64,000 nucleotides of DNA, taken from the NCBI GenBank assembly GCA_963514005.1, contig OY740783.1, positions 128,960,001-129,024,000 of the forward strand, given 5' to 3'. Shown in pieces: positions 12,771 to 24,995 of this stretch. The notes under the pieces are model-generated. The model saw only the letters and a list, made by a program, of their open reading frames with translations, had not been told where the DNA came from and ran no database searches. Numbering within the stretch: position 1 is the first letter of the stretch; every line of letters begins with the position of its first letter. The translations under genes and the position numbers were made by a program. Source of the DNA: Raja brachyura. Its lineage: Eukaryota.

Positions 12771-13399
12771 AAGATACCCCTTAAGCCTATGTCCACTAGT
12801 TTTTGAATCCTTTACCCTGGGATAAAGACCGTGAGGGTTCACTTTATCCATGTCCCTCATGACCTTGTGCATCTCAATGAGATCATCCCTCAAGGTCGAG
12901 TGCAGGACTTTCTCTGGGATCGATACATCCAAGGAAGATGATGGCTGGAGGCCCTGCAGCAGCCTGGTGCTCACTTGGATCGGGTGCCGCTTAAAAGAGC
13001 TGGAGTGCAGACTGGACTTTTAAATAGCTCCAAAACCTAGTGCCTCTTGCTTGCAGCCTCAGTGGACTATTTCTGTACACTTTGCTAATCGGGGATTGTG
13101 GTTAGGTATTGCAATATGACATTAGAGACCCTCGGACTCTCTTTGATTGGACTTTACTAGACTTTTTCTTGCACTAAACTCTATTCACATTGTTCCCTTT
13201 ATCATGTATTTTACACTGTGGATGGCTCGATTGTAATCATATATTGTCTTTCCACTGACTGGTTAGCACACAACAAAAGCTTTTTACTATACCGCGGTAC
13301 ACGTGACAATAAACTAAATGCAAAACCTTACTGGACTGTCTGCAAGGAAAATAATGTCACTGTGTGTTTGCACAAGTGACAAACATTGACCAAGGCACA

Positions 13400-14050
13400 G
13401 CATTTCCTTCCATTGATACGCAGACGATACACAACTCTATCTCCCCCTGAATCCCAAAAAACGATCATATCTGCTTAACCTTATCCACTGCTCAAGGATA
13501 TAAATTGTTGGATGGCCCATAACTTCCTCCAACCAAACGAGAGTAAGTCTGAGGTCACCCTTCTCAGCCCCTCGGACTCAATCAAAATGATAGCAGGCAG
13601 CCTTGGAAGCCTTACCTCACTACTCAAACCTCACGTCAAAAACCTTGGTGCGATAATTGACTCGGCATTGAAATTTGACAAACAAGTCAATGCCGTGGTA
13701 AAAGCTAGCTTCTTCCAGCTTTGGACGATAGCTAAAATAAAACAATTCCTCCAGTTTGATGACCTCGAAAAGATCATCCACTCATTTATCTCCTCCCGCC
13801 TAGATTACTGCATCTCCCTCTACACAGGCATCAGCCAATCTTCCCAGTCCCGCCTGCAACTGGTCCAAAACGCCGCAGCGAGACTCCTGACGGGCACCCG
13901 ATAAAGGGACCACATCACCCCGATCCTGGCCTCTCTCCACTGACTCCCTGTGCGGTTCCGAATACATTTCAAGATCCTCCTTTATGTCTACAAAGCCCTT
14001 AACGGGCTTGCGCCACCTACATCAAAAGTCTGTTTACCCACCACACCACC
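13400..14050 (+). mobile_element. L2 LINE ORF2 fragment; its probable 3' tail resumes at 14836-14880
   Basis: YADDTQLY encoded at about 13417. ORF 13512-13904 contains SRLDYC and LQLVQNAAARLLTG. Confidence 0.85.
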
Positions 14051-14051
14051 T

Positions 14052-14835
14052 CCGGGGACGGATTTTACGTAGGGGACAGGTAAAGGAAAGCCGTTTATTT
14101 TTCATATAAACTTGCTTGTTTAGATTACCTTAATCAACATTTCATGTTGTGAAACAGTGATTTATTCCCCATACGAACTGGCAGTATTTTTCCTGCCGAT
14201 ATGGGGTTTAAATTCACCGCAACCGCAACGTTCCAATCCCTTGCGTTCCATAAAATCCCACTTGCAAGCTGATTTAAATGGCCATTAATTTACGGGCATT
14301 AAACACTAAATTCCTTCAATTTGGCCTATAAATTAATGACAATGAGATTTAAAAATCATACTATATTGTGAATTCTTGTGTGAATGTTATTTGGACACTT
14401 AGGTTTTTTAAAAAATGTTAATATTTTCTTAAGAAATGGATAGATGTTTAGATCTAGTAATTGAATTTTGTAATTAGCTACAAATGGGTCACTAACTAAT
14501 TATATGCTTTAATTTCTGGTCATCCAAGTAAGATTGTTTCATATTTGTTTCAGAATGCTTCAATCTACAATAACTGAACATTTCTTTCAGTTCTCTTAAT
14601 TTTTGAGAAAGTTATGGGCTTTTGACTGTCCTTGATCACAACTTTTGTGCTAAGTCAATGGAAAAGCAATAGGGAACAAGATGCTAATTTCCGAGTATGA
14701 AAATGGCAATAAGTTTTTTAATACTGAAGGTATGAAAGTGAATTAGGTGTCAAATTAAACTTCTTTTTCTGCTTTATCTGATGGGATAAATTGCAGACTT
14801 GATTTTTTAAATCTCAAAATTTTGTAACATTGCTA
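14052..14835 (-). mobile_element. One-ended copy of an AT-rich non-autonomous DNA transposon
   Basis: Reverse-complement match to 31356-32130; ends with ttttgtaacattgcta. Confidence 0.75.
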
Positions 14836-16495
14836 AGAGTTGTTTTTTAAATGTGCTATATAAATAAAAGTGACTTGACGTGAATCATTGATTCAGACCA
14901 AAAAAATAGGCTAGAACAGGGATGATGGGCTGAATGCTCTGACTGAGTGCAGTGCAGATTATCACTGAGGAACAGCCAACGTCCTTGCACAAAACCGGTT
15001 TATTTGTTTCATTTCAAGTCATTGTAGCGTCATCAAAATACTTTCATAAACTCCGAGACTAGCTTGGATTTGGCACCTTGGTCGGCACGCATGAGTTGGA
15101 CTGAATGGTCTGCTGTGCGCTGTATGTCTCGCCGACTGTGAAAGCACAGTCCACCATAGAGGCAGAGGTAAAATTAGCAAGGGTTAGGAACTCTTTATGG
15201 GGTAATAAGGGTCTGGTCACCCTGAGACAGACAGCCTAAGGGGAAGGAACTATCCATTTGACTGCATGTAGCCCACCAGCTGCGTTTTGGAAATCTTTGT
15301 GACTGGAAGGTCACAAGGAGAGAGGAGGTCATCCCAACTCCACATTAAACTGTACCTCTCCCTCAACCTTGTTTTCCGATCTAGAATTTCTATGGTAACC
15401 TTGTTTGTGGATGATGGGCGGCACAGTGGCGCAATGGGTAGAGTTGCTACCTCACAGCGCCAGAGACACGGGTTCGATCCTGACCTTGGGTGCTGTCTGT
15501 GTGGGATTTGTACCTTCTCCCTGTAACCCTCTGGGTTTCCTCCTGGTGCTCTGGTTTCCTGCCACATCCCAAAGTCATGAGGGTTTTCAGGTTAATGGTC
15601 TCTGTAAATTTCCACTGGTGTGTATATGAAAGTGAGATAACGTAAACTAGTATGATGCGTGTTTGTGTGTGTGCAAATACATGCATTGCTGTATCATCGT
15701 ACCATCCTGCACCATTCCTGCATACACTCTTGTATGCTAATGCACGTGTTATTTGTAAATGCGTGCATCAGCAGTACATGGACTATGCAAATACATGTTT
15801 GTGCATATATATATGATCTGTGTGTTATATGCTGATAATAATTTTTTGTGCTATTCTTTACAATTATACTTGTATGCAACTTTGTGAAAGATACATATGT
15901 TTGCAATTGTTTACCCTTCTACTGTATCTTCACTTGTGGTTGATTTTGGTCGTGAATGCATTTTATTATGTCTACCTGTAGGTACATTCCCAACTTCTGA
16001 TGAGCACATGGGATAGCTGAGAACTAATATGCGTGGGTGATCGATGGTTGGCGTGGATCGGTGGGCCGAAGGGTGTACTCCCATGCTGTATCCCTAATCT
16101 AAATCTCCATATCCCACCACTCCCCGACCTATTCCCTCCACACTCATCATCGCCTCTCCTTCTTACTCCTCGCTACTGTTTCCCCGCACTCAGCCCAAAA
16201 TAGATGTTCCAAAATTTCTCGCCCTGGGTGTTTGTGAAGTTTAGTTACTGGTATTCATGTCCAGTATTATTATCGGGAGTAATCGTACATAAATCCCAGT
16301 GGGAATGCCAGGGTGGTGTACAACTGTGATGGTCAGCTCATCGGCAGGTCAAAATCTGCACTTGGGGCCCATGCATTACGCATCGAATGATTGCCTTCAA
16401 AGCGCAGCTGAGATCGGCGGAGGCAGGCAGTGTGGAAAGAGTGGCAGATGTGCATGTGGACGATGAAAAGGGGTGTCTCAGCCTCCAGCGGTGGA

Positions 16496-16511
16496 TCATT
16501 CCCGACTCATT
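16496..16511 (-). CDS. Receptor gene B, last coding exon (tail RMSRE-stop)
   Basis: Acceptor ggtcttgttctgtccacag|, homologous to the last exon of gene A and phase compatible with the TM exon. Confidence 0.6.
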
Positions 16512-18111
16512 CTGTGGACAGAACAAGACCAGTTAAAATGAGCTTCAGTAATTCCACAGGAAAAGCTTTTTTATTTACCCATCACGGAATGGTTACAGGG
16601 TAGGCGGTGACCACACAGCAGGTCAGGCAGCATCTGTGGAGGGAAATGGACGGACGACGTTCCCGTGTGTCAAGGGACTGCAGATACTGGTTTATCAAAG
16701 AAAGACACTTGATTATTGCAGGGGTATGGGGGAGAAGACAGGAGAATGGGGTTGGGAGGGGAAGATAGATCATCCATGATTGAATGGTGGCATAGACATG
16801 ATGGGCCGAATGGCCTAATTCTGCTTCTTGAACTTATGAACATGAACTTAAGTTCTGGAGAACCCAGTGGGTCAGGCAGCATCTCTGGAGAACACTGGAG
16901 CATTTCTGGTAGATCTGCCCCTTTGTACTTGAGTGCCACTTGATTGCAATTATGTATCATATTATCTGATCTGATTGGATGGCATGCAAAGCAAAGCATT
17001 TCACTGTACCTCAATAGCCGTGCCAATAATTAGCCTAATCCTAACCCTCACTCGCTCACTCTCTTCTGGACTTGCAGCGCTCCATTCACTGAATACCATC
17101 ACATCTGAGCTGTTCAGGCAAAGAATGTGGAGGTCCATGGGGAGAGATGGAGCAGAGCAAGGGAGACACAAGGAACTGCAGATGCTGGAATTGTGAGCAA
17201 AACGCGGAGTGCTGGAGGATTTCATTAGGTCAGGCAGCGTCTGTGGAGGGAATGGACAGGGAACATTTCGGGCCAGGACCCCGCCTTCACCCCCTGAATT
17301 TCTTTTCCCCTTTAGGTTCAGGTTTATTATTGACACGTGAACTGAGGTACAGTAAAAAGTTTTGTCTTTTATGCAAAACAATCAGATCAGATTATGCTAC
17401 ACATAAAAACAATCAAGTCAAACAAGTACGATAGGTAGAGCAAATGGGAAGATGCAGTGTAGACTATAGTTCTCAGCATTGTAGCGCATCAGTTCCAGAG
17501 ACAATGTCCAATGTCTGCAATCGGCACAAAAGGTTTAGAGGGATATGGGTCAAATGCTGGCACACGGGATTATATCAGGCGGGGCCAACGGGCCTGTTTC
17601 CATGCTGTGTGTAATAGACAAATTGGATGCTGAAATGGGTAGACAAGGTTTGACACAGAGAAAAACAGAGAAAATCTGGATAGAAAGGATAATGGCAGAC
17701 TGTGCAAGATCCACATTTCTGGAATAATGAATGAATGAGTGAATGAATGAATAAGTTTGGACGAATAAGTTTGAATGACTAAAAATAACTTCTCAGATGT
17801 CCAAGAGGGGAAGGCATTGTGAGAACAGAGGGAGAAAGGACTGGCAATCTTGCAGGAGACAGGGTGTGGCTGGGTGTAGTCAAGGAAGGTCTAGTGTGAG
17901 TGTGTTTGCCGTAGATATCTATGGATAGTCAGTCCCCTGAGATAGAGACCGAGAGATTGAGAGAGGGGAGAGAACACTGAGAACACTCAGTTGGTCAAGC
18001 AGCATCTACAGAGGAGAAGAGGAATTAATGTTATTGATGAATCGCCGGAAGAAGACCATGAATTACATTGCAGACATTGGAAGGCAAGTATCTCGCAGCA
18101 AAATTACATAC

Positions 18112-18211
18112 CTGGTTTTGTCCCTGATTAAAATGAAGCCCATCACCAAAAGGACAAGGCTTTTCACTCCAAGTGGAATACACAGTATCAGAGGGTAGGA
18201 AAACTGTGGGG
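18112..18211 (-). CDS. Receptor gene B, transmembrane exon with an intramembrane lysine
   Basis: Acceptor ctctctcttcag| and donor AG|gtatgt; 100 nt. Encodes APQFSYPLILCIPLGVKSLVLLVMGFILIRDKT. Confidence 0.85.
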
Positions 18212-18759
18212 CTGAAGAGAGAGAAGTCAAATCAGACTTGATCAATAACATGGAGACAATTCATTTTACTATCTCCAGCAGAAGGTACAGATGCTTGAAA
18301 GTGTGCACCACCAGACTCAGGAATAGCTCCTTCCCCTCTGTTAGCAGGCTTCAGAACGATCCTTGCAAATACTAGGGTACTGTCACCTCTACCTCATTGA
18401 GGACATTGGACTTCGTCTGTGGAACTGGTGTGCTATAATGCTGAGAACTATATTCTGCACCCTGTATCTTCTATGCTCTACTTATTGTACTCGAGTTTGG
18501 TTCGATTGTGTTTATGTGTAGTATTATCTGATCTGTTTGGATAGCGTGCAAAATGAAGCTTTTCTCTGAATATGGCTACACATGGCAATAATAAACTTAA
18601 ATCTGAACCTTAAAGACGTTAGGCATTAAAATGGGCATTATGAGGAAGACATGCCTAGTATATCAGTGAAGGACTGGTGCTTAACCCAAGAGCTTACATT
18701 GTGGGGAAGCATGATGCAAAAAGAGGCCAACATACTAAAGGTAACTTAGTAAATACTCA

Positions 18760-19463
18760 GGTAGACACAAAATGCTGGAGTAACTCAGCGAGTGAGGCAG
18801 CATCTCTGGAGAAAAGGAATTGGCAACGTTTCGGCTCGAGACCCTTCATCAGACTGATGTCAGGGGACGGGGCAGGACAGAGGAAGAATGTAGGCAGAAT
18901 GTAGACAGTAAGACTAGTGGGAGGACTGGGGAGGGGATAGATAGTGAAAGCAAGGGCTACCTGAAGTTAGAGAAGTCAATGTTCATACCGCTGGGGGTGT
19001 AAACTACCCAAGGGAAACATGAGGTGCTGTTCCTCCAATTTGTGCTTGTCCTCACTCTGACAATGGAGGAGGCCCAGGTCAGAAAGGTGAGATTGGGAAA
19101 TGGGAGGGGGAGTTGAAGTGCTGAGCCATCGGGAGATCAGGTAGGTTAAGACGGACTGAGTTCAGCAAAACGATCGCCGAGCCTGCGCTTGGTCTCGCCG
19201 ATGTAGAGAAGTTGACACCTGGAACAGCGGATGCGGTAGATGAAGTTGGAGGAGATGCATGTGAACCTCTGCCTCAGCTGGAAAGACTGTCGGGGTCCTT
19301 GGATGGAGTCGAGGCGGGAGGTAAAGGGACAGGTGTTGCATCTCCTGCGGTTGCAGGGGAATGCCTGGGGAGGGGGTGGTTTGCGTGGGAAAGGATGAGT
19401 TGCCCAGGGAGTTACAGAAGGAACGGTCTCTGCAGAAAGTAGTAAGGGGTGGAGATGGGAAGA
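18760..19463 (-). mobile_element. Penelope-like element 3' fragment (GIY-YIG region and terminal repeat with a hammerhead-like motif)
   Basis: Homologous to 10540-11030. The reverse complement of about 18823-18853 reads ctgatgaagggtctcgagccgaaacgttg. Confidence 0.8.
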
Positions 19464-21197
19464 TACTCACACTAGGAGTAACCCAATAAATAGATTTAGG
19501 ATGCATTTAGAGTACAAGGCATAGCTTGCTGGAGTAAAGATAAACATAGGAGACTGTAAACCAGGCTGAGAGCAATAGAACTGATCAGGAAATAGAGATG
19601 TCCTTTGTTGCACCCACTGTCAGACAAATGGGGGAATGCTTTTCTAAATAACAAGGAATAGAAGATAAAATAGAAATCCTGGGGGAAAAAAACAAGGATG
19701 AAAGCTGCCGAGAAGCGTTGTTGAATTATTTTGAAATGTAGAATCTATATGTGGCCGTTGTGACCAAAGGCCTATCGATGCTGTGAATCATTGAAACACT
19801 TTGGGTTTGCTCAGAGTGTTCCCCAGTATTTTGTGTGAAGGCCTTGAATAACACGACTTGTTTGAGAAACTCGTCACCATCCTGCGAGATGTTGTTTGTG
19901 TGCTGCCCGTCCAGGTCAAGCACACAATTCCCTCCAACAAGGACCAACAAAATGGAGTCACACGGTTGCCCTTGACATTGGGGCAGTGGGGAAGATTAAT
20001 AATAATGGGGTCTGTGGAGCAAACTCGCTGATTGCTGGAGTCACAGTGTAAGGTAAGTGGTTGTGTTTGCTCTGGGTTAATCACCTCAACGCCAGCATCG
20101 TGTAGAGTCCCAACTATTTCCAGCTGCTCCATCAATGACCATCCCCCAACAAAGTGCAGCATAGTAGCGCCACTGAGAGAGCCGCGGCCTCAGAGACCCT
20201 GGTTCGATCCCAATCTCAGGTGCTGTCTGTGTGTGGAGTTTGAACGATCCCCCTGTGACCGCTTGGGTTTTTCCTCCAGTTGCTCCGGTCACCTCGCACA
20301 CTCAAAAGACATAAAGGTTTGTAGGTTAATTGGCTTTGGTAAAATTTAAATTGCCCCCAGTGTTTGGAATAGTGCTAGTGTACAGGGTGATCACTGGTCA
20401 GTGTAGTCTCGGTGGGCCAAGGTCCTGTTTCTGCTCCAAAGATATGACACCATTCACAGAGCACAGGTCAAGAGTGATGCAACACTCTCCAATTCTTCAC
20501 TAACAACCTTTAAGAAGCTCAAAACTTTCCAAAACAAAGCTGCCAACTTAGAATAGTGTTTAGAGATACAGCGTCCCCGCTGACCAATGATCACACGTAC
20601 ACTAGTTCTATGGTGTCCAATTTTTCTACGCACTTGGAGCAATTTACAGAAGCCAATTAACCTACGAACCTATGTGTCTTTCAAATGTGGGAGCAAACCG
20701 GAACTCCAGGAGAAAACCCACACGGTCAGAGAGAGAATGTGAACATTTTGTATAGAGAGCACCCATAGTCAGGATCGAAACTGGCTGTCTGGCGCTGTGC
20801 GGCATCAACTCTACTGCTGTTCTGCCCTCTTAATTCTATATTGGCCCCATAGCAGAAAACGTCGCGGGGCTGGAAACCGGAAGTATCCTGAGCTAATTCT
20901 GCTCACACCTTCTGCTATCGCGATAAGTGATGGCTTCCATTGATTGTCGCCGGAAGCTTGCATCCTTTTCAGGACGGACGATGACAGCGAGGGCAACATT
21001 TGTAACAAGATGGACTTGAAAAGAAGAAGAAGCAGCAGAAGAATTCTATTTTATCCTACTTTTTCATTCTAAAACCTTGGAATAATTTACAGTGGCCAAG
21101 TAATATACAAATCCACATGTCTTTGGAGTATGGGAGGAAACCTGGGCACCCGGAGAAAACCTACGTGGTCACAGGGAGAACGTACAAACTCCGTATA

Positions 21198-22125
21198 CAC
21201 CGTTGTTCGTTAAATGCCAGACATACCTTGATACAATTCAAAGTATTACATAGATTACATTATTCAAAAACGAAATTAAATAGAATTTTTCCTAACATTT
21301 CCTCTATTTGTGATAAATGTCAGAATTCAGAAGCTAATTTAACGCATAGTTTTGTATAAAACTTAATAGTTATTGGACCGATATTTTTAAAATCATTTCT
21401 GCAGTTCTTAAAATTAAATTGGACCCCGACCCAAAGCTAATAATATTAGGAGTTTCTGATTCAAACCTTATATTAACAGTAAATCAAATAAATTTTCTTG
21501 ATTACTGTTTGATAATTGGAAAAAAATAAATATTAAAATTCTGGAAGGGAACATTATCCCCCACAATTAAAATGTGGACAGTGGAAATGTCGGAGACGCT
21601 GCATTTGGAGAGAATCAGGTTTGTCCTAATGGACAAATACAAACTTTTTGAACAAATATGGTCTCCATTCACTGACTATTTGAAGGGGTAGCTGAGCTCA
21701 GCATTGTAACTCAATAAATACCCGGTTGTAGGATTAGATGAAAAGATGTATTCTGGGATTTGTATACACGTCTCTATAGATATTGTTATGTGAAATTGTT
21801 CCATTCATTGTTAAGATGTATACTTCAATTTTTTTTTAAATTATATAATAATTGTTTTCTTGGATTATTCTTTATTTTTATTTTTGTTTTTTTGTTAATT
21901 TAATTAATTTTTTATTTTCCTTACATTATCATAATCAATATTATTTAATCACCACTGATTATAGACCTATTCTTTCACCTCTTTACTTTCTAAAAAAAAA
22001 ATAGAATCTTATATAAATCATTTTGTAATATTTGTATAACTTTTGAAACGTTAAATGTGTATTTGAAAAACTGTTATATTGTTGGCAATAGGCATTGCTT
22101 CGAATAAAAATATTATATAAAAAAA
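21198..22125 (+). mobile_element. 5'-truncated L1-clade LINE (C-terminal CCHC region, AT-rich 3' UTR, poly(A))
   Basis: Encodes IQFKVLHRLHYSKTKL..CDKC..ANLTH; AATAAA and A-tail at about 22103-22125; flanked by a 161-bp direct duplication. Confidence 0.85.
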
Positions 22126-23395
22126 AGAAGAATTCTATTTTATCCTACTTTTGCATCCTAAAACCTTGGAATAATTTACAGTGGCCAAGTAATGTACAAA
22201 TCCGCATGTCTTTGGAGTGTGGGAGGAAACCTGGGCACCCGGAGAAAACCCACATGGTTACAGGGAGAACGTACAAATTCCGTATAGACTTCTGACCGGT
22301 CCTTCCATAAGCTAAGACACAGTTCCGATTGTCCAATCTACCTCATTGCGGACATTGGTCTCTGGAACTGCAACGCAAACTAGTTTTCTATAATGTGGGT
22401 GGCATGGTGGCACTGCGGTAGAGTTGCTGCCTTCCAGTGCCAGAGACCCGGGTTCAATCCCGACTACGGGTGCTGGCTATACTGAGTTTGTACGTTTTCC
22501 TTGTAACTACATGGGTTTTTGCCGAGTGCTCTGGTTTCCTCCCACAATCTAAAGACATACAGGTTGATCGGTTAATTGGCTTTAGAAAGATTATAAATTT
22601 TGATTAGTGTGTAGGATTGTGCTTGCGTATGGGGTGGTCGTTGGTCAGCACCAACCCGGTGGACCGAAGGGCCTGTTTCTGCGCTGTAATTCTCCATATT
22701 CTGCAATCTGATTTCTTTCTCTTCGCTCTACCTATTATAGTCAACGAGTCATCGAGTCATACAATGTGGAAACAGGCCCTTCAGCCCAAATTGCCCCCAC
22801 CGACCAACATGTCCCATCTACACTATTGTGTAGGAAAGAACTGCAGATGCTGGTTTAGATCTGCCTGAAGAAGGGTCTCAACCCGAAACGTCACCCATTC
22901 CTTCTCCAGAGATGCTGCCTGTCCCGCTGATTTACTCCAGCGTTTGTGCTTAACATCTACACTAATCCCACTTGTCTGCATTTGGCCCATATCCCTCTAA
23001 ACCTGTCCTATCCATGTACCCGTTTAATTGCTTCGAAAACGTTGTGATAGTACCTGCCACAGTTACCTGCTGCTGCATCTCGTTCAATACACCTATCACC
23101 CTTTGTGCGAAAAAGTTACCCCTCAGATTCCAATAAAATCGTTCCCCCCTCCCCTTAAACCATTGTCCTCTGGTTCTCGATTTCCCTGCTCTGGGCAAAA
23201 GTGTGCGTCTACCCGATCAATTCCTGTGGCACATGTTTGGTTTGATTGTGTTTGACTTGATCAAATAGACTTGCAAACAAAAGCTTTTTAACCATACTTC
23301 GGTACACGTGACATTACAAAACAAAAACCTAGCACTAAAGCTAACCCTAAATACCTTCGCTGCATACTGCAGCATGAGTTGATGGGGTTTCTTAC

Positions 23396-23743
23396 CTGTT
23401 GCAACTTGCAGTTGGATCTCGCACTGGAACAGATGACAGGTCGAGGTCACGATCTGCACCACACACAGGTAGCCGTCACTGTCCTCCACACTCAGCTGCT
23501 TTATCCTGGTTGAGGCGTTTCCCCGCTTTGGGTCCCCGACCAGTTCGATCCGAGTTGCACCGTTCTCCGCCGCCCAGGATCCATCAGCTTGGGGTGTGAA
23601 CGTGACGATGTGTCGGTAGAGATCCTTCCTCATCCATGTGACCGTGCGAGGCATGTGGCTCGGCAGAGGAGTTGAGAACACACAAGGTAACGTAGTCGAA
23701 GCCCCCTCGGTCCCAGTCACCACTGAGACATTCCCTCTGGGAG
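23396..23743 (-). CDS. Receptor gene B, second Ig V-set exon (V2)
   Basis: Acceptor tccttccttcag| and donor G|gtaaga; 348 nt, phase 1-1, open. Motifs LPC..VTW..EDSDGYLCVVQI..QLQV. Confidence 0.88.
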
Positions 23744-24267
23744 CTGAAGGAAGGACAGACACCAGTCAAGAGAAGCAGGACGAGGGAGCTGGAGATAATG
23801 TAAGCTGGAAATAAGAACTGGATGCTGGACTCATGCTGAATGAGCATTAGATGTGTCATAAGTTCATAAGTGATATGAAATGAATTAGGCCATGCGGCCC
23901 ATCAAGTCTACCATTCAAATATGGCTGATCTATCTTACCCTCTCAAACCCATTCTCCTGCCTTCCACCCGTAACCCGTGACACCCGCACTAATCAAGAAT
24001 CTGGCAAATCTCTGCCTCAAAAAATACCCATTGAATTGACCTACACAGCCTTCCGTGGCAATGCATTCCACAGATTCACCACACTCTGACTAAAGAAATT
24101 CCTCCTCATCTTCATTCTAAACATACATCCTTTTATTCTGAGGCTGTGGCCTCTGGTCCTTGACTCTCCCACTAGTGGAAATATCCTCTCCACATCCACT
24201 CGATCCAGGCCTTTCAGTATTCAGTAAGTTTCTATGAAGTCCTCTCTCACCCTTCTACCCTCCAGCC

Positions 24268-24918
24268 CATGGGCGTAAATAACGGGGGGGGGACGGGGGG
24301 GGGGCACGTCCCCCTCATGTTTTGAGAGGCGGGGGACAATCCCCCCCATGTTTTGTAATCGGATTTTGAAAATCTGTAAAAATCTCCGCTTTCCACGAGA
24401 CAGTAAGGGTGGAACTGATGATCATGGACGCCAATTGGACAAGAGAGACGTCGGTCAGCAGGCAGTGGGGGGGGGGGGGGGCGAGATGATGATTCAGCGT
24501 GATGATTGGAGGAGGGACGTGTCGGTGAGAGGTGGAAGTAGGGGGGTGGGACTAAGGATAGAGCGCGGTGATTGGAGGATGGGGATGTCATGGTGGAGCA
24601 AAGATTATAGAGCGGAGCTTGAATTAGCCCGTTTGTGGGGCCTTTCATCGCACCGTCGGGCGATGGAAGATCCCGCGGCTGGTTTTAAGCTGCGCTGGGC
24701 GATGAAAGGCCCCGCGAACGGGCCGATTGAAGCACCACTACACAGGGCGGACAAAGCTGCTGTTGCTGGAGTGCGGAGTCGTTCACCAACCAGATCAGCT
24801 CCCGATGTTATCGTCCACAGGGCCCACGGCCGAAGTCTCGCATGTGTGTGTGTGTGTGGGCGAGCGGCCACCAAGAAATTGTGTCCCCCCTATGTTTTGA
24901 TATCGATTTCCGCCCCTG
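24268..24918. mobile_element. Non-autonomous hAT-type DNA transposon, 651 bp
   Basis: Imperfect TIRs catgggcgtaaat / atttccgcccctg and an exact 8-bp TSD ctccagcc (24260-24267, 24919-24926). The empty site is retained in the paralogous segment near 37140. Confidence 0.85.
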
Positions 24919-24995
24919 CTCCAGCCAGTACAGGCCCAGTGCCATCAAACGCTCATCATATGTTAACCCACTCATTGCCACTGGGATCATTCTCA

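Noticed and set aside
19700-20060. Unique segment ending in a strong AAG|GTAAGT donor on the + strand
   Set aside because: No recognisable coding frame or partner exon. A non-coding exon cannot be excluded but is unsupported.
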